Below, one piece after another: positions 17,605 to 25,798 of a stretch of 63,442 nucleotides of DNA. The notes under the pieces were generated by a model. The model did no database searches and was not told where the DNA came from. It was given only the letters and a program-made list of their open reading frames with translations. Source of the stretch: Coriobacteriaceae bacterium (lineage in GTDB: Bacteria; Bacillota; Clostridia; Oscillospirales; CAG-272); assembly GCA_963617165.1 (NCBI GenBank), contig CAVEOF010000006.1, positions 1 through 63,442 of the forward strand. The letters are read 5' to 3'. How positions within the stretch are numbered: the stretch's first letter is position 1; every line of letters begins with the position of its first letter. The position numbers were made by a program, and so were the translations under genes.

Positions 17605-17840
17605 ACCTTTGCCTTGATCTCTTTTTCAAAGAAGTCCTTCACGGTGTCGGGGCTGACCGAGAAGAATTTATCGTCCACGGTGACGCAGACGCCCTGCTGG
17701 CACTTGCCCATGCAGAAGGTACCGCCGAGCTCGACCTTATCGCCGAGACCCGACTCGGAGATCAAATACTGGAGACCCTCCACGACCCGGCGGGAGCCTT
17801 TGATATGGCAGGAGGAACCGATACATACGGTGACTTTCAT
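17601..17840 (-). CDS. Thioredoxin-like [2Fe-2S] ferredoxin domain protein (paralog)
   Basis: MKVTVCIGSSCHIKG...GGTFCMGKCQ. Its 3' end shares an ATGA overlap with the start of the next gene. Track ORF trimmed from 18065. Confidence 0.8.
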   Translation of the reverse strand: MKVTVCIGSSCHIKGSRRVVEGLQYLISESGLGDKVELGGTFCMGKCQQGVCVTVDDKFFSVSPDTVKDFFEKEIKAKV

Positions 17841-18080
17841 AATTTTTTCCTTTCGTAATTCAAAATTCGGGATCATCGCGTTCGTTACGGAACGAAACGC
17901 AAGGCTTCGCGCGCACAAGTCTTCCCTCTCGGGGTGGCACGTGGCGCGACGTGCCATCGGTTTCTTTTTTGGCTTTTCGCGCGTCCCCTTCCCTCTCCCG
18001 CCGTATTCTGTGGCGGGAGAGGAGGGGTGCTCCGTATCGCGGGAGGCTGTCCCGTAAGATTTCACGGGGCGGTGCGAAAA

Positions 18081-18830
18081 TTATTCGTAGTCGACGACGT
18101 TGACCCAAGTATGAAGGAATTCACGCTCTTTCTCGTTCCCCTTCACCGACTGGGAGGCGGCGACGATGGGCATCCACTTCTCGACATACTGCTTTGCGGT
18201 ATTGCTCTTCTTGCAGAAAAGCTCGAGATACTTCTTCGCGTCCTCGATGTCTCCCGCGAGCCAGAAGAGAAGGTAGGTGCGGGCGGCGTCGGCGGAGGCG
18301 TTGCCCTGCGTGGCATGAGACCAGTCGAGGATATACGCCTTGTCGTCGTCGGTGATGATGATGTTCGAGGGGTTGAAGTCGCCGTGGCAGAGCTTCGTAT
18401 GCTTCGGCATCGCGTCGAGACGGGTATGAAGGTCATAGCGCGTCGTGGCATCAAAGTCGGTCTGGCTGATCTTGCGGTTCATCTTATCCTTGAGCTTGGT
18501 CAGGAGGGGACAGCTCTTCGACTGCACCTCGATCTGAAGATCGACGAAGCGCTCGAGGTACTCCTCTTTCTTCTCGGGATTCTCTTCCATCAGGCGGGCA
18601 AGCGTCTTGCCCTTGATGAAGTCGGTGACGATCGCCCATTTTCCGTCGATCACGGTGACCTCGCGCACCTTCGGTACGTTGAGGCCCGTCTCCTCGACGC
18701 GCGCCTGATTCAGCGCCTCGTTGAGAACGTCCGCCTTGGAATAGTTGGCATCGAAGACCTTCATGCAAAGGTCGCCGTCACGGTACACGGTCTTATTGTT
18801 TCTGACCGCAATGATTCTGTCAAGTTTCAT
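18081..18830 (-). CDS. APH/choline-kinase-fold phosphotransferase
   Basis: Catalytic loop HGDFNPSNIII and ILDWSHA (Brenner-type HxDxxxxN plus a metal-binding D). 249 aa. Confidence 0.8.
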   Translation of the reverse strand: MKLDRIIAVRNNKTVYRDGDLCMKVFDANYSKADVLNEALNQARVEETGLNVPKVREVTVIDGKWAIVTDFIKGKTLARLMEENPEKKEEYLERFVDLQIEVQSKSCPLLTKLKDKMNRKISQTDFDATTRYDLHTRLDAMPKHTKLCHGDFNPSNIIITDDDKAYILDWSHATQGNASADAARTYLLFWLAGDIEDAKKYLELFCKKSNTAKQYVEKWMPIVAASQSVKGNEKEREFLHTWVNVVDYE

Positions 18831-18843
18831 CGGTTCTTCCTCC

Positions 18844-21561
18844 TTATGCTTTCTTCATTCCGCTCTTGGCGCGGCGGTAGGGCTGCTTGAAATTGCCGGC
18901 ATCGGAATTCGTCTCAAAGTCGGCGGACGTGGGCATTGCCGGCTCCTTGAAGTGCTCCTTGCCGTAGTAGGCATTGAGGTACATCTGCTTGATCTCGCTC
19001 ATGAGCGGGTATCTCGGGTTCGCGCCCGTGCACTGGTCGTCGAACGCCTGCTCGGTCATCGCGTCGAGACGGTTCAGGAAATCGGTCTCGTCGATGTTGT
19101 AATCCTTGATGGTGGGCTTAATACCGATTCTCGCCTTTAGGGCGTTGACGGCATCGATGAGCTTCTCGAGCTTCTCCTCGTCGGTCGTGCCGCCGAGTCC
19201 GAGGGCATCCGCCGCCTCGGCATACTTTGCGAGGGTCTTCGGATGATCGTACTGCGAGAAGGTACCCATCTTGACGGGAGCCTCTGCCGCGTTGAAGCGG
19301 AGGACTTCCTCGAGCATCAGGGCGTTTGCAACGCCGTGCGGCAGGTGATGGAAGGCGCCGAGCTTATGCGCCATGGAGTGGCAGACGCCGAGGAAGGCGT
19401 TTGCAAACGCCATACCCGCCATGGTAGCGGCGTTCGCCATCTTCTCACGCGCTTCGACGTCCGTCTGTCCGTTGTCGTAGGCTCTCGGCAAATACTCGAA
19501 AATGTTCTTGAGAGAACGGAGGGCAAGACCGTCGGTATAGTCGGTCGCCATCACCGAGGCGAGCGCCTCGAGGCAGTGGGACACGGCGTCGATACCCGAA
19601 GCGGCGGTCAGCCCGCGGGGTGCGGACATATGGAAGTCGGTGTCGATGATCGCCATGTTCGGCAGGAGCTGATAGTCGGCAAGAGGATACTTGATGCCGC
19701 TCTTCTCGTCGGTAATGACCGCGAAGGGCGTGACCTCGGAGCCGGTACCCGCGGACGTGGGGATCGCGATGAAGTAGGCTTTCTCGCCCATCTTCGGGAA
19801 GGTATAAACTCTCTTACGGATATCGATGAAGCGCATCGCCATATCCATGAAGTCGACCTCGGGATGCTCATACATCACCCACATGATCTTCGCGGCGTCC
19901 ATTGCGGAGCCGCCGCCGAGGGCGATGATGCAGTCGGGAGCGAAGGCTCTCATCTGCTCGGTGCCTGCCTTGGCGCAGGCGAGGGTCGGGTCGGGTGCGA
20001 CGTCGAAGAAGGTGGTGTGCTCGATCCCGAGCTCGTCGAGCTTATCGGTGATCGGTTTGGTATAGCCGTTGTGATAGAGGAAGGAGTCGGTCACGACGAA
20101 CGCCTTCTTCTTGTTCATGACGTGTTTCAGCTCGTCGAGAGCGACGGGAAGGCATCCCTTTTTGAGATAGACCTTCTCGGGAGCGCGGAACCAAAGCATA
20201 TTTTCTCTCCTCTCTGCTACGGTCTTGATGTTGATAAGGTGCTTGACACCGACGTTCTCGGAGACCGAGTTGCCGCCCCAAGAGCCGCAACCGAGGGTCA
20301 GAGAGGGGGTGAGCTTGAAGTTGTAGAGGTCACCGATACCGCCGTGCGAGGAGGGAGTATTGACGAGAATACGGCAGGTCTTCATGCGGGCGGCAAACTC
20401 GTCGAGCTTTTCTCTCTCGGTCACGGCGTTCAGATAGATGGAGGACGTATGTCCGTAGCCGCCGTCGGCGATGAGGTGCTCCGCCTTATCGAAGGCGTCG
20501 TGAATGTCCTTTGCGCGGTACATGGCAAGCACGGGAGAAAGCTTCTCGTGTGCGAACTCCTCGGAAATGTCGACGCTCTCGACCTCGCCGATGAGGATCT
20601 TCGTCCCCTCGGGGACCTTCACGCCCGCGAGGGCGACGATCTTCGCGGCGGGCTGTCCGACGATCTTCGCGTTCAGTGCGCCGTTGATGATGATGGTCTT
20701 GCGGACCTTCTCGGTCTCTTCGGGATTCAGGAAATAGCATCCGCGGTCGGCGAATTCGGTCTTGACCGCGTCATAGACCTTATCGAGGACGATGACCGAC
20801 TGCTCGGAGGCGCAGATCATACCGTTGTCGAAGGTCTTCGAATGGATAATGGAGCTGACGGCAAGCACGAGGTCGGCGGTGTCGTCGATGATGGCGGGAG
20901 TGTTGCCCGCGCCGACGCCGAGGGCAGGCTTGCCCGAAGAATATGCCGCCTTGACCATGCCGGGGCCACCCGTCGCGAGGATGATGTCCGCCTCCTTCAT
21001 CAGAAGGTTGGTCATCTCGAGGCTCGGGACGTCGATCCAGTCGATGATGCCCTCGGGAGCGCCCGCCTTCACGGCGGCGTCCAGAACGATCTTCGCCGCC
21101 GCGGCGGTCGAATGCTTCGCTCTCGGGTGAGGGCTGATGAGGATGGCGTTTCTCGTCTTCAGAGCGATCAGGCATTTGAAGATCGCGGTGGAGGTGGGGT
21201 TCGTCGTCGGGATAACGGCGGCGATCACACCGATCGGCTCGGCGACTTTTTTAATGCCGTACGCCTTATCCTCTTCGATCACACCGCAGGTCTTGGTATA
21301 GCGGTAGGCGTTGTAGATGTATTCGGCGGCGTAGTTGTTCTTAATGACCTTATCCTCTACGACACCCATGCCGGTCTCCTCGACCGCCTGCTTTGCAAGG
21401 GGAATTCTCGCCTGGTTCGCGGCGATGGCGGCGGCTTTGAAGATCTCGTCGACCTGCTCCTGCGTATAGGTCGCAAATTTTCTCTGCGCCTCTCTTACGC
21501 GGGCGATCGCGGCTTCCAGCGTTTCCACGCTGTCGACAATGATTCTTTCTTTGGTTTCCAT
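18844..21561 (-). CDS. adhE: Bifunctional acetaldehyde-CoA/alcohol dehydrogenase
   Basis: 905 aa: an N-terminal ALDH domain, a C-terminal Fe-ADH domain (GGGSAMDAAK) and a ~35-aa tail. Confidence 0.95.
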   Translation of the reverse strand: METKERIIVDSVETLEAAIARVREAQRKFATYTQEQVDEIFKAAAIAANQARIPLAKQAVEETGMGVVEDKVIKNNYAAEYIYNAYRYTKTCGVIEEDKAYGIKKVAEPIGVIAAVIPTTNPTSTAIFKCLIALKTRNAILISPHPRAKHSTAAAAKIVLDAAVKAGAPEGIIDWIDVPSLEMTNLLMKEADIILATGGPGMVKAAYSSGKPALGVGAGNTPAIIDDTADLVLAVSSIIHSKTFDNGMICASEQSVIVLDKVYDAVKTEFADRGCYFLNPEETEKVRKTIIINGALNAKIVGQPAAKIVALAGVKVPEGTKILIGEVESVDISEEFAHEKLSPVLAMYRAKDIHDAFDKAEHLIADGGYGHTSSIYLNAVTEREKLDEFAARMKTCRILVNTPSSHGGIGDLYNFKLTPSLTLGCGSWGGNSVSENVGVKHLINIKTVAERRENMLWFRAPEKVYLKKGCLPVALDELKHVMNKKKAFVVTDSFLYHNGYTKPITDKLDELGIEHTTFFDVAPDPTLACAKAGTEQMRAFAPDCIIALGGGSAMDAAKIMWVMYEHPEVDFMDMAMRFIDIRKRVYTFPKMGEKAYFIAIPTSAGTGSEVTPFAVITDEKSGIKYPLADYQLLPNMAIIDTDFHMSAPRGLTAASGIDAVSHCLEALASVMATDYTDGLALRSLKNIFEYLPRAYDNGQTDVEAREKMANAATMAGMAFANAFLGVCHSMAHKLGAFHHLPHGVANALMLEEVLRFNAAEAPVKMGTFSQYDHPKTLAKYAEAADALGLGGTTDEEKLEKLIDAVNALKARIGIKPTIKDYNIDETDFLNRLDAMTEQAFDDQCTGANPRYPLMSEIKQMYLNAYYGKEHFKEPAMPTSADFETNSDAGNFKQPYRRAKSGMKKA

Positions 21562-21630
21562 ATATCCTATCCTTTCTTAATATAACCTTGTGTTGTTCTT
21601 CTCCCGAAAACGGGAAGGTGTGCCGTGCCT

Positions 21631-22254
21631 TCAGGACGGTCCGACGCCACTCTCCTTCACCCCGCGGCACAGATGCGCGAGGGAGAGCGCCATGTTCTCA
21701 TACTTTACGCGGATGCCCGGAGGAAGGGTGAGCCGAACGGGCGAAAGACAGAAGATCGCACGCACCCCCGCGCTCACGAGAAGCTCGGCGCAGGTCTGCG
21801 CCGCCTCGGGCGGGACGGTGAGGATGCCGACCTCCACGCGGTGAAGGTCGCAATAGGAGCGAAGCTCTTCCATCGGGAGGACGTCCGCTTCCCTGCCCTC
21901 GGCGTGAATGTCGAACGCGCGGCGGATCCGTATGCCGTACTCGGCAAATCCCGAAAAGTCAAGGAGCGCCGTCCCGAGCTTTCCCGCGCCGACGATCACC
22001 GCCTCGCAGTCGCCCCCGTCGCCGAGCGCCGTCCGAATGCTGCGGACGAGCACGCCGATGTCGTAGCCGACCTTGGGCTTCCCCGCGCCGCACACGGCGG
22101 ACAGGTCTTTTCTCACCTGAACCTCACCGAGTCCGAGCCCGCGGGCGATCGCCGTCGCGGAGACGCGACGCGTCCCCTTCGGCAAGCCTTCGAGATAACG
22201 AAGATATTCGGGCAGTCTGCCCATGGTAGCCCGTGATATGCTTTCCGCGTGCAT
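21631..22254 (-). CDS. rex: Rex-family redox-sensing transcriptional repressor (divergent paralog)
   Basis: RLPEYLRYL wHTH followed by a Rossmann IVGAGKLG. It lies directly upstream of adhE. Confidence 0.8.
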   Translation of the reverse strand: MHAESISRATMGRLPEYLRYLEGLPKGTRRVSATAIARGLGLGEVQVRKDLSAVCGAGKPKVGYDIGVLVRSIRTALGDGGDCEAVIVGAGKLGTALLDFSGFAEYGIRIRRAFDIHAEGREADVLPMEELRSYCDLHRVEVGILTVPPEAAQTCAELLVSAGVRAIFCLSPVRLTLPPGIRVKYENMALSLAHLCRGVKESGVGPS

Positions 22255-22294
22255 GTGCCGCCCTCCGTTTCGTCTCCCGTTTCTTTCCGCTTAT

Positions 22295-22323
22295 AGTATA
22301 ACAGATTCCGACGGATTTTGCAA
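22295..22323 (-). promoter_or_regulatory. Candidate promoter of rex-adhE
   Basis: Minus strand reads TTGCAA-17 nt-TATACT. Confidence 0.45.
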
Positions 22324-22373
22324 TAGCGAATTTTGCATATCGGTATTGTATGTATCGATATAACACAGAGAGA

Positions 22374-22428
22374 TAAAAATCCGACAGCCAAAGGCAGGAG
22401 AAAATCTGCCTTTGGCTGTCGGTGTTTT
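22374..22428. terminator. Bidirectional intrinsic terminator
   Basis: CCGACAGCCAAAGGCAG-gagaaaat-CTGCCTTTGGCTGTCGG, a 17-bp stem flanked by A and T runs. Confidence 0.8.
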
Positions 22429-22479
22429 CAAAGCATCAAGTAAGAATCAGGAACGAAGAAAGCGCACTACGGTAAGGCA

Positions 22480-22518
22480 AATTCATTCTTAATTCTTAAT
22501 TCTTAATTCATAATTTAC
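22480..22518 (-). repeat. Heptanucleotide tandem array, about 5 units
   Basis: aattcat (tctt) aattctt aattctt aattcat aatttac. It contains the stop codon (22515-22517) of the CvpA-like gene. Confidence 0.85.
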
Positions 22519-23711
22519 TCAATGGCGAAGAGATCCTTGAGCTTTGCGATGGTCTCTGCGTCGGCGTCGGCGGGCGTCAGCTTTTCGATGGCGCTCTCTA
22601 CCTTTGCCTTATCGCTCTCGCTAAGGTCGATGGCTTCGTTTTGCGAGGTGAGGATCGGGAGGATGATGTCGCTCTTTGCAAGGTGCTTGATCAGCGAGTC
22701 GACGTCGGGCTCCTTCGTCTCGTCCTGAAGGGCGAGCATGTCGCCGATCAGATCCGCTTCGTTTGCGAAATCGATCTCGGTCAGATCAAAGTTATCGAGG
22801 TCGATCGGGAAGTTTTCCTTCTCCTCCGCGGGAATGACGGAATCGGCGAGCGAACGGATCAGGTCGTTGATGACTTCGAGCGTTTCGGGGCTTGCGTCCT
22901 GCTTGATCTGCTCGATGTTGCGGAGCATGGTCTGGATCTCGCCGACGTTCTCTTCGGTAAGTTCGCCCTCGAAGTTGATGTTCGACATCTTCGCCACTTC
23001 ATTCGCGATCTTCGCGCTCGTCGCGATGGCGTCGATCTGCGTATCGAGATGTACCTTATTGCCGTTTGCATCCGTGGTCGTGGTGAGAAGGTCATAGTAG
23101 AAGGTGCCGATGGCGCCGTAGACCTTCATGAAGGGATCGTCCTTGATCTCCTCGAGGTCGATCTGCGAGGTGAATTCCTCGGGAAGGGAGTCGCTGACCT
23201 TCTGCCCGTCCACCTCGACGTCCGACAGCTTCAACAGCGTACCCGTCAGACCGAGCACGGGCATCTCGAGAAGGTAGAACACGAGGAAGCCGGCGAGAAG
23301 TCCCGTCAGCATACCGCCGAGGCGGCGCACCTTCTGACTCTTGTCCTTCTTTACGAAGATCTTGCAGATCGGGAAGACGATGAGCCACGAAAGGAATTGC
23401 AGAACGATAAACAGGAGGAGGTAGACGATGAGTCCGACGAGGATATTGATGATCGGGACGAGCTTATCTTTGACGCCCGCCATTTCCTCGGGGATGTTGC
23501 TCGCGAGCATCTGCTCGAAGGTCTGTCCGTCCATATTGATCTGCCAGAGGGCATTGATCACGACGTCACGAAGGAAGAACGCGCCGACGGCGCAAAGAAG
23601 GAGCAGAACGATGCGGAGCACCGAACGCTTGACCCCGCGGTGCAGTCCGAACAGAAGCCCGAACAGAAGACACACGCCGAGTCCGATGAGAGCGGAGGTT
23701 GTGAAGGTCAT
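22515..23711 (-). CDS. Membrane protein, CvpA-like N-terminus plus long acidic soluble domain
   Basis: Four predicted TM helices in the first ~160 aa, then ~230 aa of acidic sequence. The family assignment is tentative. Confidence 0.6.
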   Translation of the reverse strand: MTFTTSALIGLGVCLLFGLLFGLHRGVKRSVLRIVLLLLCAVGAFFLRDVVINALWQINMDGQTFEQMLASNIPEEMAGVKDKLVPIINILVGLIVYLLLFIVLQFLSWLIVFPICKIFVKKDKSQKVRRLGGMLTGLLAGFLVFYLLEMPVLGLTGTLLKLSDVEVDGQKVSDSLPEEFTSQIDLEEIKDDPFMKVYGAIGTFYYDLLTTTTDANGNKVHLDTQIDAIATSAKIANEVAKMSNINFEGELTEENVGEIQTMLRNIEQIKQDASPETLEVINDLIRSLADSVIPAEEKENFPIDLDNFDLTEIDFANEADLIGDMLALQDETKEPDVDSLIKHLAKSDIILPILTSQNEAIDLSESDKAKVESAIEKLTPADADAETIAKLKDLFAIE

Positions 23712-23827
23712 ACAGAAAAAGTCTCCTTATGTAAGATATATTGCGAAATGCGAGATCGCCTTTCCTTTTTATCTTATCACGGTTTTCATAAAATTGCAAT
23801 AGATTTTTCACAAATTCGCAAGTTTTT

Positions 23828-24820
23828 TCAACACTCGGACGGAATTTTTCCCTTCCCGAGACGGGCTTCGAAAAAGCGCAGGGCATTTCCGCCCGCGATG
23901 CGGTCGACGGTGGCGGCGGAATAATGCGAGAGCAAAACGTCCGCGACGCGGGCGTGCATACTGTCCGAAAAGGAGACGCCCGCAGGGTACGCGCCGCCCG
24001 TGCCGTCGATGTCGAAGCCGAAGGCGAGCGTCTCTTCCCCGCAGAGGGCGAGTCCGTGCTCGACGTGGCGCAAAAGATCGTCGAGCGTCGCGTGCCCCGA
24101 AAAATCGACCGACGAATGTTTCGAAAGGTGGGGCGGCGTTTGACTCCGATCGCAAAGAAAGGGCGGGTAGAGATTCAACCCGATGAGTCCGCCGCGCGCG
24201 GCGATCAGCAGAGCTTCCTCATCGGTGAGATTCCGCGGGTGGGGACAGACGGCGCGGAAGTTCGAATGCGTGGCGAGAAGAGGGGTAGCGGTATGCGCCG
24301 CGACGTCCCGAAAGGAGGCGTCCGACAGATGCGAGACATCGATCGTGAGTCCGAGGCTCTCACACGCCGAGAGCGTCCCGATGCCGAGGGGCGTCAATCC
24401 GTCGTCCGCCCCCGTCCCGCTCTCGCGGGAGGAGGCGCCGAATTCATTCCGATCCCAGACGAGGGAGAGCACCCGAACGCCGCGGGCAAAGAGTGCGGGC
24501 AGATCCTCGGGGAGGAAGCCGCCACCCTCGACGCTGTACATCACCGTGTGCGCGTTCGTCTCGTGCAGAAGGGCGAGATCGGCGGCGGTGCGCACGGGAA
24601 GGAGCATTTCCCTCCTCGCCGCCTCGTCGAGGGTATCGAGCATCCGAAAAAGCCTTGCGCGGCGCGAGGCGAGCGGCTCCCGTCCGCTCCCCGAAAAGCA
24701 GGCGGCAAGCTGCAAGCCCGCGGTATGCATGGGGAAATGATAGGGCGCCGTTAGGGGCAGACCGAGCGTCAGAGGACGCGACACGCTGTCGGCATGAAGA
24801 TCCGCAAAAATATTCGGCAT
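23828..24820 (-). CDS. Membrane dipeptidase (peptidase M19 family)
   Basis: MPNIFADLHADS and HSNFRAVCPHPRNLTDEE are typical renal-dipeptidase-family motifs. Start trimmed to 24820. Confidence 0.8.
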   Translation of the reverse strand: MPNIFADLHADSVSRPLTLGLPLTAPYHFPMHTAGLQLAACFSGSGREPLASRRARLFRMLDTLDEAARREMLLPVRTAADLALLHETNAHTVMYSVEGGGFLPEDLPALFARGVRVLSLVWDRNEFGASSRESGTGADDGLTPLGIGTLSACESLGLTIDVSHLSDASFRDVAAHTATPLLATHSNFRAVCPHPRNLTDEEALLIAARGGLIGLNLYPPFLCDRSQTPPHLSKHSSVDFSGHATLDDLLRHVEHGLALCGEETLAFGFDIDGTGGAYPAGVSFSDSMHARVADVLLSHYSAATVDRIAGGNALRFFEARLGKGKIPSEC

Positions 24821-24990
24821 CGTAAATTCCTTTCTTGTGTAGGAAGAGATCCTTTGCCAGGCAAAAAATCCGCGCGACAAGAAGAAGGTATATTGCGGGA
24901 GAATCCGCGTCTTTCTGCGGGAAAATCCTGCGCTTCCGGGCGAAAAGCCTTCTGTCGGAGCAAAGCCGTATCGAATTTTACAAAAAACGC

Positions 24991-25019
24991 TTGACAAACG
25001 AGAAACTCTCCTGTATAAT
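24991..25019 (+). promoter_or_regulatory. Sigma-70 promoter of the T-box leader
   Basis: TTGACA-17 nt-TATAAT. Confidence 0.75.
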
Positions 25020-25020
25020 A

Positions 25021-25290
25021 GAGGAAAACCGTGAAGAGGAAGAGTAGCAAACGCGAGAGCGTCAAGAGAGAAGGCGGGCGGTGAAAGCCTTTCGCTTCGT
25101 TTGTGAACGCAGCCTCGGAGTTCCGCGGGAACGCATCTATGCGGTAACCGTCGGCGGCGTCCCCGTTATCGGACGGAGTTATGAAGGTAACTCTCTGAGG
25201 GTCTTTCCGCGAGGAGGGACCGAAGCCTCGGTGGTAACACGTTTTTTCGTCCGAGGGTCGCTTGTGGGCGGCTCACGGGCTTTTTTTATT
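25021..25290 (+). promoter_or_regulatory. T-box leader (tRNA-sensing riboswitch)
   Basis: Stem I elements are GAAGAGUA, AGAGA and GGUGAAAGC. The Specifier loop 3' side reads GAACGCAG. The T-box sequence is CUCGGUGGUAACACG, followed by a hairpin and a U7 run just before the Lrp-family gene. Confidence 0.75.
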
Positions 25291-25315
25291 TTCTTTTTCC
25301 CGAAAGGAGAACCCG

Positions 25316-25798
25316 ATGAACACGAAAATTTTAAGACTGCTCGAAAAGGACGCGCGCATGAGCACGGCGGACATTGCCACGGTGACGGGACTTGACGAGG
25401 CGGCGGTCTGCCGCGAGATCTCCGAGATGGAGAAGGCGGGCATCATCCGCGGCTACAAGGGCGTCATCGACTGGGAGAAGGTGGAGACCGACCGCGTCAG
25501 CGCCATCATCGAGCTGAAGGTCACACCGAAGGCGGGTTGCGGCTTCGAAGAGGTGGCGGAACGTATCGCGAAATATCCCGAGGTGGAGTCGGTCAGCCTG
25601 ATGTCGGGCGCTTACGACTTAAATGTGGTCGTCAAGGGCAAAACTTTTCGCGAAGTGTCAACTTTTGTTTCCAAAGAGCTTGCCGTGATCGACTCGGTGA
25701 CCTCGACGGCGACGCAGTTCGTTATGCGGCGCTATAAGGAATTCGACGTCGAGCTTCTTCCCGAGGAAGAGGATGAAAGGGGCGCCGTCTCCTTATGA
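25316..25798 (+). CDS. Lrp/AsnC-family transcriptional regulator
   Basis: MNTKILRLLEKDARMSTADIA is the HTH, followed by an RAM-type effector domain. 160 aa. Confidence 0.9.
   Translation: MNTKILRLLEKDARMSTADIATVTGLDEAAVCREISEMEKAGIIRGYKGVIDWEKVETDRVSAIIELKVTPKAGCGFEEVAERIAKYPEVESVSLMSGAYDLNVVVKGKTFREVSTFVSKELAVIDSVTSTATQFVMRRYKEFDVELLPEEEDERGAVSL

Noticed and set aside
19243-21585. 780-aa plus-strand ORF antisense to adhE
   Set aside because: It fully overlaps a clearly homologous gene on the other strand. The product is Arg/Gly/Asp/Val-rich shadow sequence with no motifs, which is typical of GC-rich antisense frames.
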